63,335 bases of DNA, filler included, from Hyphochytrium catenoides (GCA_900088475.1; 8 parts of 8 records of this genome joined end to end with filler, not necessarily neighbours in it), one strand, 5' to 3'. Positions 49,388 through 61,529 are shown, counted from the whole stretch's first letter. Numbers and translations are program-made. The notes: generated by a model not told the origin, from the sequence alone.

Positions 49388-50620
49388 TCAACCTGTAGGA
49401 GTTAGAACCAGTAACAGTTTTTGGTTTCGATTATTGACTGATTGCATAGATTCTTGTATCCTCTTCAGACCGCTGGAGTACATACAACTCTCAAATCTTG
49501 TATCACAATTATCTTTTGTTGCCTCCTTGCAGTCTCCGTAGCAGAGATCATGGCCATTGCAACAACTTTCGAAAACTTTAGATATGGAAGGATACCTAAG
49601 TAAGAGTTTTTGCGCAGCGGTTGAAAGGTTCACAACCTTGGGGCCGCAACCATTTGGTTCAGGTCCCGGAGCATCATCCTCTAATCGCCTGTTTGAGCGA
49701 GGGCATTGAAGGGGATCTGGGCCAAAAGAGCAGGTGCCTTTCTCCGAAGCTGAAAGAAAGCTTGCCATCTCCAAGGACTCGCCATCACCCGAAGAAGTGA
49801 ACGTGTTGTAAACGTCTTGAAAATGACATTCGGTGGTGCCTTCTTTTTGGAGTGACAGTTCTCAACCACTATGTAGTAATTGAATGATGTTAGGTTAGGG
49901 GCCTATGTATTTCCAGTTCGTACTCGACGAGCTAGGAGTTTCGAATGATGATCTGCACTCCAAACGCAGACATACTACCGTCGGTGACATTCTCTTCAGG
50001 TCTTGTTGGAGCAGTAGGACTCTCACACTCATCAATGTGGGAGTAGAAAGAATGTCAACGAACATGACTATAGCAGATTGGCTGGCAGCTACAATGGTTC
50101 GGCATATCACATGCTGTCCAGGATAAGGAGCTCGTGCCTCAGGCACCTTCGACACCATCCAAGTAGTCAAGTCCGTTCCACATTGACAGTATCTTATCAC
50201 CTTCTTACTGTTGTTTCCCTTCTTCTTCTCCCCCTTATCTGTAGAAGTACTTACTGCCATCAGCTCTAACAAGTAGTTCTATCGTAAAACTTCTATCAAT
50301 ACTCACTCAACAATTTACCAGATACTTGGTATCACACCAATCAACCTCTTGCAAGACATTCGCCTAATCTGAGCAAACTCGCTTTATTTGAACAGTGTCT
50401 ACTACTGTTCCAACAAGGTCACTCAGCAGACCCACAGTGGCATCTGTGTAGGGCTCCCAGGTCATCCACTCTTCTAGCTTTCCTCCATCAGACAGGAGTC
50501 CAGGGAACTGAAAAGATGGAGGTTGCGTTGCGTCATAAGTAAAACTGGTGTCTAGGTCTCGATAGACTTCCAAGAAGTTGACCTCATCCAGCGTGATCCT
50601 GAGGTAGGGAGCGTGAGGGC
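49388..50620 (-). pseudogene. Degraded gene ending in a group XII secretory phospholipase A2-like domain
   Basis: PEPNGCG...FESCCNGHDLCYGDC...KDNCDTRFESCM matches the PLA2G12 pattern with the His-Asp dyad. The upstream protein-like frame is broken by several TGA/TAG stops and shifts (e.g. DGVEGA*GTSS, SHVR*HSFY, LHSG*ELSL). Confidence 0.7.
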
Positions 50621-50974
50621 GTACCTGCCTCGTCGGAAGGAGTGTAATTATTCGACTTTCTTAGGTCCGTAACATTCTGGATACGCTGACGCAGGAAGGT
50701 TATTTATAGACCCAAGTTTTAGGACTGAGATGGCGGTGCAAGAGGAGGTGCGAAGAGACTCCCTATCACACCCAACAATCATCATCTGCTGGAGCTTTGC
50801 CGAGCGTTGAACAATAAAGAGTACGGATAATGTAGGGGTAGCGCTGACCACCAATGAAGACTCGAACAAGTCTTACGAGACGCTAAGCCTGAAATGCACC
50901 ATCGAGGAGACGAATGCTAATAGCTCTTGGGCGGCAAGAGATCCTCTTAAGCTCAGTCACTTCCTAACTTCCTG

Positions 50975-52000
50975 TTGATAGAATATTCAAGGAAGAACCT
51001 CTTCCCGTCAGCTGTTGTGTCGCAAGTTGAGTGTTCAGACGTCGACTCCAGCATTCCCTTCCCCAAGCTGTGGTCAGAAGCGACATTAATGCTACGGGTT
51101 CGCCTTATTATGCATCCTGTGCAAGAGGCCTGTCAACGGATGGCTAGCACCATAAAACTTTTCTTTATTAGGATAATTCGAGCGACAGTGTCGTCCCCGA
51201 CGGTCTCAACTTCTTCTTGCACAACCGATTGCACTACTGATGAGGAGTCTAGCTACCAATCTGTCATTGACCTGCCCCTGAATTCACTTTCGCCCGTCCC
51301 CCAGGAAATATGGTTGCCCAGTACTGAACAGCTCGACAACCGCCTGTCTTCCTTGCGCGTTAGGATAAGATACTCAATAGCGACGACTGAATCTGATGAA
51401 GAGCTCAATAGGCCTGTCATTGCAAGCTCTGGTTTGACCTCGCCGACACAGCTACAATCAGGGTCGTCCTTTATTCATACCCAACAGGAAACGGGACTGG
51501 GCTCGAATGCTTGGTGGAATAGTAAGGACGTCAGCTCCACTAACCATCTTTCCGGGACCTCCGCGTCGTCTACTAGTGTCTTCACGGAGCTGCTAGGCGA
51601 GGAGTATGAGGTGAAGTGGGAAGGAGGCCGATTGGGCATTATGTTGGACATATAGTGAGCTGCTGCATAGACCCTTTTTCCGGTAATATTGCGCTTCTAT
51701 AGGCCGCCAGCGAGTCCTTTCCCAGGGCACCACCAGCGGTAGTAGCAGAAGCATTTCCGACGTTCGACGGAAGCCACTCAAAAGCAACATGAATCGACTC
51801 GACCAACTACATGATGGGTTTCCGGTAAATAGAAAAGTTGGGAAGCAGTTCGCCCTGGACCTGGTCGAGGCAGGTCTATCGTAAGGGAGACCACCAATGC
51901 ACGCTCAGCACGACCATTTTGCCAGACAAAGACTCGTGGTGCCAGGGACCTTGTGATGGGCACTATCTTACTCTCTATCTGGCGCCTCTTTTTTAAAAGA
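50975..52000 (+). pseudogene. Ser/Thr-rich ORF followed by a possible degraded PDZ-like domain
   Basis: The 226-codon ORF ends EYEVKWEGGRLGIML, like a PDZ carboxylate-binding-loop start. A later fragment, DLVMGTILLSI, lies beyond stops. Confidence 0.3.
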
Positions 52001-52224
52001 TAATGAACAAAGACGAGCCCGACCTCATGCTTCATCTCAAGCACTATACCAACTGCTGATTCAGCTTCATCTCTGATAGTAGCAAATTAACAGACTTCGA
52101 ATTGCAATGGTAAATTCCTGTTCATAACTACGCTAGCCTGCTAAAGAGATTCATTATCCTTCTAATCATTCTTCGATGGAGCTAATGTAGGATCATGATG
52201 TCCAGAAGTGTTCATGCCCCGAGA

Positions 52225-53411
52225 CTAAGAACACGATCCACATCTGCGACAGTAACGCCCGGAATTGGATATTTTGCAAGTGTAGCAGTACCAAGACGAG
52301 TCATCAAAATAGCAATTGGCCATTTCTGCCCCCTTGCAACATCAACGTGTGTGCCATATGTTGGGCATGTGCCAGCTGCTGTTGTCGCCGATATTCGGCT
52401 TGCAGTTTAGCATCTGTACGCATTTTAACCGCAGCCCGGAACTCTTCGCATTTTTTTGATGTCTCGGGGTCTGGTTTATTCGGGAACATTCTTGAAGTCA
52501 CAGTCCAGGGCTGGTTCTCCTCATCAGTCCCCAGGGGTAAGTTTCCTCTAATGAGAGAATGAAAGGAGCGAAATACCTCCGTCGGATCCTCAAGGATATC
52601 AATGGCTATGGAGTGCAAGAATTCACCTCTCGTAAGCGCGGGCTCCGCTTTCCTGACAATCACTCGGTCGTTGAGTATCCATTCTCGGATTGGAACTAAG
52701 TCTATTACGTTCTTACCTGGACCGGCTGGGTCGCGTAAGACAATATATACTCGAAACCAAAAAAACTGATAACAATACTGCCAAAAGTCGGGATCTGCTG
52801 GTGGATGGCCACGTAGTCGCTGCATTTCATTTATCTTGGACACTTCCAGATAACCAGTATTGAAGGACTGTACTTTAGCATCGAGGTAGTCAAAGAGAGC
52901 CTGGACAAACTTTACTAATGCTAGGTGTGGGTCTTTCTCCCTATCAATGAATGCCTGACGTCCACTCCTGACTGCACCTGAGTATCTGCAGGATACAAGA
53001 GCTGTCCCTCCAGGGTAGCTGATGGCTCTAAGATGACGGCATTCTCCAGCGGAGACGACGAGTTCTGGCGACAAGAAAGGCTCCTCCACGGAAGGGTGCA
53101 TGAATGAAACGCGCGATTTCCAAGAAGTTATGAGAACCCTGGCTGCTATGACGGCACCCTTCCGTGGCCCAGCAAGCCTCGCACATATCAAAGTCAGCAC
53201 AATCCCAGCACTTGTAACGGATGCCTACAAGAGGACAAGCTTGGCAGACATCACAGTGGATATCATCATGGACCGAGGTTACTTTTGTCTCCTGTTGATC
53301 CTCCGCGCTCGTTATCTCTGTAGGGGGCGAAGAAGCAGCTGGAGCAACTGCTGTGGGACCAATCTTCTCCAATACCTGCTGCGTCCGTCGAGCTTCATTC
53401 GCCTCATACAT
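52225..53411 (-). pseudogene. ZZ-type zinc finger protein with a C-terminal RanBP2-like zinc ribbon, broken by two frameshifts
   Basis: ZZ finger: HDDIHCDVCQACPLVGIRYKCWDCADFDMCEACW...H...HNF. The frame shifts near 53105 into the 298-codon ORF. A second shift at a G5 run (~52330) opens AEMANCYFDDSSWYCYTCKISNSGRYCRRCGSCS*. Confidence 0.7.
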
Positions 53412-53525
53412 GGACAAACCCTTCACCACTGGCTGGTCATGTATAGGGAGCGCAATTGGCGCGTGATAGTTGATGAGATGGCAGTGTTGGTTGGAAGCTC
53501 TTCTTTGTTATGGTGCAAATAGCAG

Positions 53526-53625
53526 NNNNNNNNNNNNNNNNNNNNNNNNNNNNNNNNNNNNNNNNNNNNTTAATTAATTAANNNNNNNNNNNNNNNNNNN
53601 NNNNNNNNNNNNNNNNNNNNNNNNN
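53526..53625. other. Artificial contig spacer
   Basis: N44-TTAATTAATTAA-N44. Confidence 0.97.
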
Positions 53626-53638
53626 AGAGAGAGGGGAA

Positions 53639-53676
<38 letters not shown>

Positions 53677-55245
53677 ATGGCCAGCGGAATGCTAAACAAG
53701 CAGGGGAATGATGATCGTACATCTTCTTCTGGAACTCCCTAGGTTAATGCCTTGAGTCGGTCACTCTGTCTCCCACCTTCCCTCCTCGATATTCAAAATC
53801 ATTTCTCGCGCCTTTTTCAACCAACGACCTTTGGTAAAAATAGTAGGGACCAGTATCAGATGGAAAGTATAGGAAGATGAAGCTGAGACGGAAGTAGTAA
53901 TACAGAAACCTTGCCCTTCCCTCCTTCCCTCCCTCCTGCCTTTCTCACACCAACGCCTACCGAAACTAGAGCATAAGAGCCACTACTTTCGGCTTTTATA
54001 TCCTAATGCTTACTCTGTCTCTTGCATTTGCGCTCAGCAATAATGCGACATGGTCATCTCACCCAACTCTGGCTCCAAGTGAGATTCCAAAAGAGAATTG
54101 CCCACATTGCCCCTATCCTTCTCACTAATCTCACCCTTTCTCATCTGTCAAGCCAGTAGAAAGTAAGTCTCCATTGACGAAATTACCGGTTCGGCCTCAC
54201 GATATTTACTGAGCATGATCGCTTGGGATCCGAAATCCGTCACCCGCGCTGAGGGAAGCTGAGGAAATAAATCTCTGGCTTCTCTGTTCTCTCTCTCACG
54301 AGAGGGCCGGGGGACGCTTGATACAGACACGGCCGGGACAGGGCACCGCGCCGCCTGGCTTTACTATATTCTATCCACCGCCGCCCGCCTGCCCGCCGCC
54401 GTGATCCCGGGATGTCAGGCTATCCGAGCTCTCATGCCGTGATGGGAGCTCACCAGAGATGTTTAGGAAGGGTTAGGGCTTTGCTAGGTAGGGCTAGGGT
54501 TGGCGGTGAGGCTGGTGGTGGGTGGTGGGTGGCAGATTGTGAAAGAGCTGGCCTTGGCGGGAAGAGAAGGTAGGAGAATTAGGACAATGAAGAATCAAGC
54601 ACAGAAGATGGATCAGAGCATTGATGAGGATGAGCAAGAGTTAGCGCTTCAAGAGAGATCAGAGAGAGAGAAGTGTTCATCTCCTCGACGGGATGGGGTA
54701 AGATTCACAGAGAAAGAGTAAAAAACAAGCTGGAGACCGCAGAGGCGACTGATGAGTCCTGACTGTCTCACTGCGTCTGATACGATCACCATTGTGTCAG
54801 ACCATTGCCTCAGCTGTGGTTGGCGTCAGCTTCTCCTGTAGGACCTGGACCACTCTCTCCTTTTGGCGCAGGCGGAATTCCAGAGCGTCGGTCGGACGTG
54901 GACATCTCTGCCTGTAAATCAGCCTGCTTCCTCGCCGCTGCTCTCTCCACCTTGCGGCAAGACCGTTAGAGGGATATTTGGTCTAAACCTAACCTTCTCT
55001 TTGGCCTTCCTCATCTTTCCCAGCGAAGCCGCAGCAGACCATCACCACTCTTCATCAGGAAAAAGAGGATCTGGCCACAGAGCTCAGGAGAGTTGAAGCT
55101 TAGCGGATTCAAGAGGCGGCGAGGAATGCGCTCTTGAAAGTCGACTGCAGACTGCCAAAGAGGTGGAGGAATCGGCCCGTAGTAGTAGGCTTGCCCTTGT
55201 GCGGGAGGACGGTCTTCGAGATGAAGTCCGCCACCGGAGATGACA

Positions 55246-56445
55246 TGCGCAAAGAAGCTAACCTTCGCAGTGCGGATCGGATAGCACTGCTGACTAATAC
55301 GCTCCGTGCAAAGGACAGAGACCTGGGATATGCCAAGGGAAACCTGCAAGCATACAGGGCCGGGTTGCGGGTACTGCAGAAGAAGGTGCAGGACTTTGGG
55401 GAGGTGAAGCAAAGGCTTCAGCTCGATCTCAAAGAGGCACCCGTAGATGCAGAGCGCCGACTAGGATACACTCTGGCTGCGTTGGTCAGGAAGGACAAGG
55501 AGAAGGGACCATGGCAGGTGACTGCTCCAGGCCTACAGCAGCTATGTCTGGCTCTGGAGACCGAGGCTTAGAAGCTGTCAGAGGCCAATACCCGGCTCGA
55601 GAGCAGCACTGTACGCGGCGAAGGAGGCGGAGCGCCGATCAGCAGCTATCTTGGCCGCTATGGACAAAGTTGCAAAAGGACTACAAGAGCAAGGAAGAGC
55701 TTGTTCGACGATGAGAAATGGCGTTGAAAATGCTGAACAAGCTCTTCCTTGCTCTTGTGCTCTTTTGCCACCTTGTCCCTAGCGGACAATGTAGCTCCCA
55801 ATCGGCGCTCCACCTCCTTCGCCGGGTAGAGAGCAGCCCTTCCCTGCCCTCGAGCTGGGCATTGACCCCTGACAGCCTCTTGGCTTCCCTCTCTAGGGTA
55901 AGACATCGCTGCTGCAGTTTGGCAGCAGTCTCCTGCCACTGTCCCTTCTCCTTGTCTTTCCTGACGAGGGCAGCCTGAGTGTTTGCCAGTCGCCGCTCAG
56001 CATCTACCGGGGCCTCTTTCAGATCGAGCTCTAGCCGTTTATTCGCCTCCTCCAGCTCCTGCACCTATTTCTGCAGCGCCCGCACCTCCGCCCTGCATGT
56101 TTGCAGGTCGTCCTTGGCATAAGTCCTCTCCTCGTTTAATAACCCCTCACTCCACTTTTATAGCAGCCTCCTGCCATTGGCTTTTTGTCCTTTTCCTTCC
56201 TGACCAACGCAACCAGAGTGTTTGCCAGTTTGCGCTCTGCATCGGCGGATGACTCTTTGCGAACGAGGCGAAGCCTTAGGTTCGCCTCCTCCACCTCTGC
56301 ACCTTTCTCTGCAGCGCCTGCACCTCCGGCTTGCATGCTTGCCGATTGTCCTTGGCATACTCCGGCCTCTGTCCTGTTTACGCAGCGGTTTAGTCAGCAG
56401 TTCAACGCGCGCCGCGCCGCAGTCTGAAGGTTTGCTTCTTGTGCA
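55246..56445. repeat. Long imperfect inverted repeat (tail-to-tail duplication) of a degenerate coiled-coil coding segment
   Basis: Left arm ~55246-55706, right arm 55735-56445 (cut by the contig end, with an extra internal unit). A perfect 24-bp inner stem ACAAGAGCAAGGAAGAGCTTGTTC surrounds a 28-nt spacer. Both arms encode LDLKEAPVDAERRL..T.AALVRKDKEKG.WQ, with stops and frameshifts. Confidence 0.88.
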
Positions 56446-56545
56446 NNNNNNNNNNNNNNNNNNNNNNNNNNNNNNNNNNNNNNNNNNNNTTAATTAATTA
56501 ANNNNNNNNNNNNNNNNNNNNNNNNNNNNNNNNNNNNNNNNNNNN
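56446..56545. other. Artificial contig spacer
   Basis: N44-TTAATTAATTAA-N44. Confidence 0.97.
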
Positions 56546-59500
56546 CTCTGCGCTGGTGAGCAGATCGAGGAAAAGCTTCTTCAGCTACTCAATTGCGCAA
56601 GCGAACAGATGGGGGTATTGCTGACTTCTCCTGGTCTCGGGCTCAAAGGAGGCTCCTCTCCCTTTTGTCGTTCTTTCACAAACTCCCGAGACCTTGCCAA
56701 AGCTTTCAAAGCTTATATGCCTGCAACTTTCACGTATGACGATGGAGGCAGTGACGGGATTAACTTACCATCCCAGGTAAGAGCTGCTGCTGATTCACCG
56801 TGCGATGATGCTGAAAACGTCTTTCTAGAGAGTATGGCATCTATTCTTGGCCCCGTCTGCGGTGCTGCCAATGAATCTGCGTCCTCTATTCAACAAGAAG
56901 GGGTTGGTTCGGGCGTTGCAAGCGCACTTGATGTTCTTGAGCGGTCTACTGCAGAGCTCGGAGGATCAGAGGCTATCCAAGAGTCTCCGTCATCAGCGCT
57001 GCCGAGGTGGTCGTCCGCCGCATGGACAGCACACATGGAAGCAACCTAACCCTCACGCTTCGCGACTACGCAGGGAGAGACCTGGAGCGCTTTATCTAAC
57101 CTGGACGTGATGCCCTGAGATCTGGACATGACCTCTTTCTGCTGGCCAAGGCCTGTCTAACTGAAGTAAAGGCCAGATTGCCAGGAGAGAAAGGAGCGGT
57201 TGATGGCCAGACAAAGGCAAGGTCGCCTTCAGGCAAGATGGTTCTCGAGCGGATCGATTGGAATCATCGACGAAGGTGGAGCTGCTCCTTTGGTAGGAGC
57301 CTCGAAAGCTGAAGGAGAGGTTGAACGTAATCAAATATCACGACTGGAGCAGACACCGAAGTCTTTTACAGGATATTAGCTGTCTTCCGAAAGTCCTACG
57401 ATAAGTGGAGAATATGCAGCTCAGCTCCAGCAAATGGTGAAACAATTCTATTCGCTGCATTTGTCGAGAAGCAGCCGCAGTTAATGCGCGGAGTCAGATA
57501 TTTGTCTCCCAACAGTGCGCAAGGCAACTGATTTCTTGAAAGTGAAGGGCCACGAGGTCTATATTGTCAAGCACACCTCTTCTTCGTAGGGTGGTATATC
57601 CAAAGCTGGACTCGTCATGTCGAGATAAGGGCTTAATTAATCAACTTAATGGCATCAACTCTATCTTTTCTTGTTAGTAAAAGTATAAAGAGACGATGAG
57701 CCGGAACAGAGATAATAGCAGCATAGTGTGAAGAAGTCTCTTAGCTGCAATGTCCGCCGCTGGCAGCCTCCTCGTACAAAATTTATGCTGCTTATGACAG
57801 GTTGACCGCCGGTGGTTGGTGGGTTAAAGAAGCCCTTATGTAAAGACATGACAGTAATCTAATGTGCAGACAACCGCTGGGAAAGAGGATAAATTGCTGC
57901 TGCCTGTCAGGGTTGGAGAAAGAACAAGAGGATTAACAATAGCAGAGCTAACGACAGCAATAATTCTATTGCTGGTAGGATACCCTATTACCTGATGAAG
58001 ACTACTTGGCGGAGACCACGGGTGATCAGACATCCACGACGGCTGCTGCTGCTCAGCTTTCTAACTGCTGCTGCTGTAGGTTGACGGGGGTGACACGAAC
58101 ACGACTGTTGCAACAAGGGCGAAGTTCTACCACTGAGATTCTAGAAGAGATAGTAGTACAGACAAAGAAAGAGAGAGTAGAAAGGCTGTTCTTACATTAC
58201 ATCATCAGTATAGAGCTCATCAGAGAGGGAGAGAATATATATAGAAAGTCTGTTCAAGATAAGTACAAAGACTGCGAGAGAAAGAAGAGAGTAGATTAGA
58301 GAAAGAAGAAAGGCTATTCTTAGAAAGAGACATCGAAGTAAAAGGAAAGGAGTAGAAGGGAAGAAGTAGTCGCCTTCCTGCTGACAGCTACACGTTGATG
58401 AGCTCGTTGAGCTGCTCGTTGCTTGATGACGACGACACAACAGAGCGCTAGGACTCTCCGTCGTCCTGCGACTAGATAGGGGTGAATGAGAGCTGCCCTC
58501 GGCCGCGGGGGCTGCTGTGTCTCATACACCTGCTCGGTACTGATCCTACTACTACTATGGTAGCTCATCCAGTGCTCATCCTATGCTGTGCTTTAAAATA
58601 AGTCGTCAGTAGGGGAACGGAGAGAGTCAACCTAGCTGTCATCCTTCTTGATGATAGCGATGGCGCAGCAGCAAGCAGATAGAACTGGCGTTAGCTGTAG
58701 CGTTATTATTCTTTGGAAGGACTAGCTGATCCGCACAACTATTATTATTTGGATCCCCACACCTACCAGGTGTTACGCCTGTATTACTACTGTGGCCTGT
58801 ACCATGGCCAGGTCGCCCGCCGAAGCCGCTTGGTAAAATGTCCAAGGACCACCAATAACGGTACTCTTAGGGATTTGTTAAGTCCCGTCCGCCGAAGAAC
58901 CTTGACACCTATGTCCTAGGATATTCAGAATCGGGAGTATGATGTCACCGGTCCTAATGGAGCTGTCAGATAATGTAAGTTATCAAAATAGGGGTAGCTT
59001 GGGCAAGCAATATTCCCAAATAGGGCTCCAAAGTAGCTGTTTGTTGAGAACACTATAGATAGTGTTACCCATTTTACTCTACAGTACCAACAATCTCCCT
59101 GTGAAGCCCCTTTGTCTTCTTGTCTCTGTTAGTATTTTAATGATGATGACCGAAGAACCACATTTTTGTGTCTGTAATGATTTTATTTACTACTGTCCAA
59201 GCTTGAGCAGTCGCTTATTGTCAATGCCAATGAAAGTGCAATCTTCAATAGTGGAGCCTACTACAAAGTAATAAACTTTCATTCAACAACCTCATCATCG
59301 CTGTCGCTCTCATTTACTGTCGTCGCTGCTGTTGCTGCTGGACCCACCAGCTGACAGCCCCTGGTCTTCGCTGATGATTTCACGGTGAGCATTCTGGCCG
59401 GGATGTTTGCCATTGAATGCAGGCAATGGTTGCATCTTGCTTTTTGAGAAAGCGGCTTCCCGCTGTCAGCATCGTCAGCATCCATCGCCAATCTCCTCAT

Positions 59501-59756
59501 CTCCCCCAGCAGCTCTGGCGGCCATCATAATAGTCCACTCGGTAAAGTGTGACCAAGCCCAGCTCTTCCTCTTGCCCATAATTCCATTCAGTACTTGTTA
59601 TGACGACAGAAAGGGATTGTGAAAGATGATGATGAAAAACGACAGAAGCCTGTTGCTGAAGCTGCTAGCTGCTGCTTGATTGTTGTACTGGCAGCTTGTG
59701 GTGGCACCACCGCGTGCAAGCAACCGTCGGGCCGAGGGCACTAGATTGGGTATTAA

Positions 59757-59987
59757 GGGCGAAGAGCTAACTTCCGGGGAATTCATTTCTAGGGAAAAGT
59801 TGCGAATCTGGCCTTTTAGGAATATTATCTATGGAGTTGTCGGAGCGCCAGACCTCCCAAAAACGAACGGGTAGGCGCTCGGCCTACCCATCCTTTTGAG
59901 TTTTTCTCATCCGAAACCCCATAGTTAATATTCCTAGAGGCCCGGATTCGCAACTTTTCCCTAGAAGTGAATTTTAGCCCTTCGCCC
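59757..59987. mobile_element. Foldback MITE, PIF/Harbinger (Tourist)-like, 231 bp
   Basis: Termini GGGCGAAG...CTTCGCCC are flanked by TAA on both sides (59754-59756, 59988-59990). Imperfect inverted arms of ~80 bp (TTCTAGGGAAAAGTTGCGAATC / GATTCGCAACTTTTCCCTAGAA) and an inner hairpin GGGTAGGC/GCCTACCC. No ORF. Confidence 0.8.
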
Positions 59988-60178
59988 TAAAATAAAAGAG
60001 GAGAAGCAGGCAGCAGGAGGATGATGATTGATGATCATGGTGGTGTTGTAACATTCCTCCCAACACCACCATCTCTTCAAGACGGCAGCCCCTTTATGTC
60101 TAGGGTATTCAACGCAAATGTTATACGTTTACGGCTATCAGTTCCAATTCTTGATCACCGCAGCTACCCATGGTGGAG

Positions 60179-60278
60179 NNNNNNNNNNNNNNNNNNNNNN
60201 NNNNNNNNNNNNNNNNNNNNNNTTAATTAATTAANNNNNNNNNNNNNNNNNNNNNNNNNNNNNNNNNNNNNNNNNNNN
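60179..60278. other. Artificial contig spacer
   Basis: N44-TTAATTAATTAA-N44. Confidence 0.97.
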
Positions 60279-60498
60279 CAGCTGATGTTTCACTTCTTAT
60301 GCCATTTCTGATAGAGAGAAGGGATGCCCTGCTTTCTCTCAGGTGTTCTACTAATGGCTTGAGTATGGATGTTCTGCTTCGAGTTCTCTGTTCTCTTCAA
60401 ATTGATTAGTAGGGACTGTCTTGTTTTGCAAAAGGCATTTGCTCCTTAGGTGGCAACATTCTAGTTGGACCGCAGTGCGCCTAATATTGATCGTGCAG

Positions 60499-60662
60499 GT
60501 TGAGGTCTCGGCCCCAGGCGTGGAAGCGATGACATACGCGATGATCACAACCGCTAGCAACATGGTTGTGCCTGTCTCTGGGATTGTCTCAAACCAGATT
60601 GCAGGTGCATTGTCATCCTCCTCTTCCTCGCTTTCCCATCGTTTGCTCTCATTCTCCTCCCC

Positions 60663-60709
<47 letters not shown>

Positions 60710-61169
60710 TCTTTGTCTCTTTTCTCTCTTTATAATATATCGGTGTGTCCCTGCCCTTCTCAAGATAGCTGATTCAGACTGTTTAGCTGAGCTTCCTTCC
60801 AAGTCCGCTTTTGACCTCAGCTTCAACGTCTATTCACCCCTTTCTTTCTCCTCAGGCCTATTCGACGTCCAGCCAGAAGACTTACGAAATGAGGCCGCAG
60901 ACCCGGGAGTCCGCGACCGCTTTCTCTACCTTACACTGCTAGTACTAGCAATCAACAGTCTAGCGCTATTCACTCTTCCTCTTCTCCCTCGGCAAAAGAA
61001 AGAGGCGCGAGAGCTCTTTGTGGCGGGAGGAAAGAGCCCCCTAGCCGCTGACATTCTCGTTGGCGGTACTTTTCTCTGTCTCCTCTGTGGAACTCTCTTC
61101 AATCTTCTCACTGTCATCCCAGGCATCTCCTGCCTAAAGTTCTTAGGAGGGAATGGGTGCGCATCGTAA
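60499..61169 (+). CDS. Folate-biopterin transporter (BT1/FBT, MFS) family protein, last two exons (5'-partial)
   Basis: Exons 60499-60604 and 60856-61169 splice in phase: VEVSAPGVEAMTYAMITTASN...|GLFDV...LPLLPRQKKEARELFVAGGKS...SCLKFLGGNGCAS*. The PGxEAxTYAxITT, LPRQK and CL..GG.GC motifs are ones I associate with stramenopile FBT members. Confidence 0.8.
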
Positions 61170-61529
61170 ATATTTGACGGCAGAAGTATTGCTCTTCTTA
61201 GGTTTGACCAGAACAGGCAGTAGAGAGAGAGAGAGTGGAAGGAGAAAGAAAGGGAGAAAAGGCAAAGCACATGCTAACTTAGAGGCGGCCTTCGCTCCCA
61301 CTTTGCATTGTACTCTATACAGCTATGAGGGACAGAGAAGGGAAGGGAGACAGGTGAGGATGATGTACCACCATAGCCAATTATTTATTTACTCTCTCTA
61401 GGCTAATCATAAATATTGAGAACTGTCCCTTGTGCTTTTGTTCCTTCTTTGTCCTCGGTTCCTTCTTTTTTCAGACCAACAACGAAAGCTCTTCTTCGCC
61501 TCTCATCTCCGCTCTTTTCTCCTGTTCTT

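Noticed and set aside
49770-50200. In-frame TGA/TAG as a sign of an alternative genetic code or selenocysteine
   Set aside because: Different stop types occur together with frameshifts, and intact genes in the window end in TAA, TAG and TGA. Pseudogene decay explains it better.
46888-53525. Endogenous giant-virus or virophage insertion
   Set aside because: No capsid, packaging ATPase, polB or primase motif seen. Kept only as one alternative in the findings.
56609-57640. 146-aa ORF and downstream broken frames
   Set aside because: Possibly a pseudogene remnant, but there is no recognisable motif to support a call.
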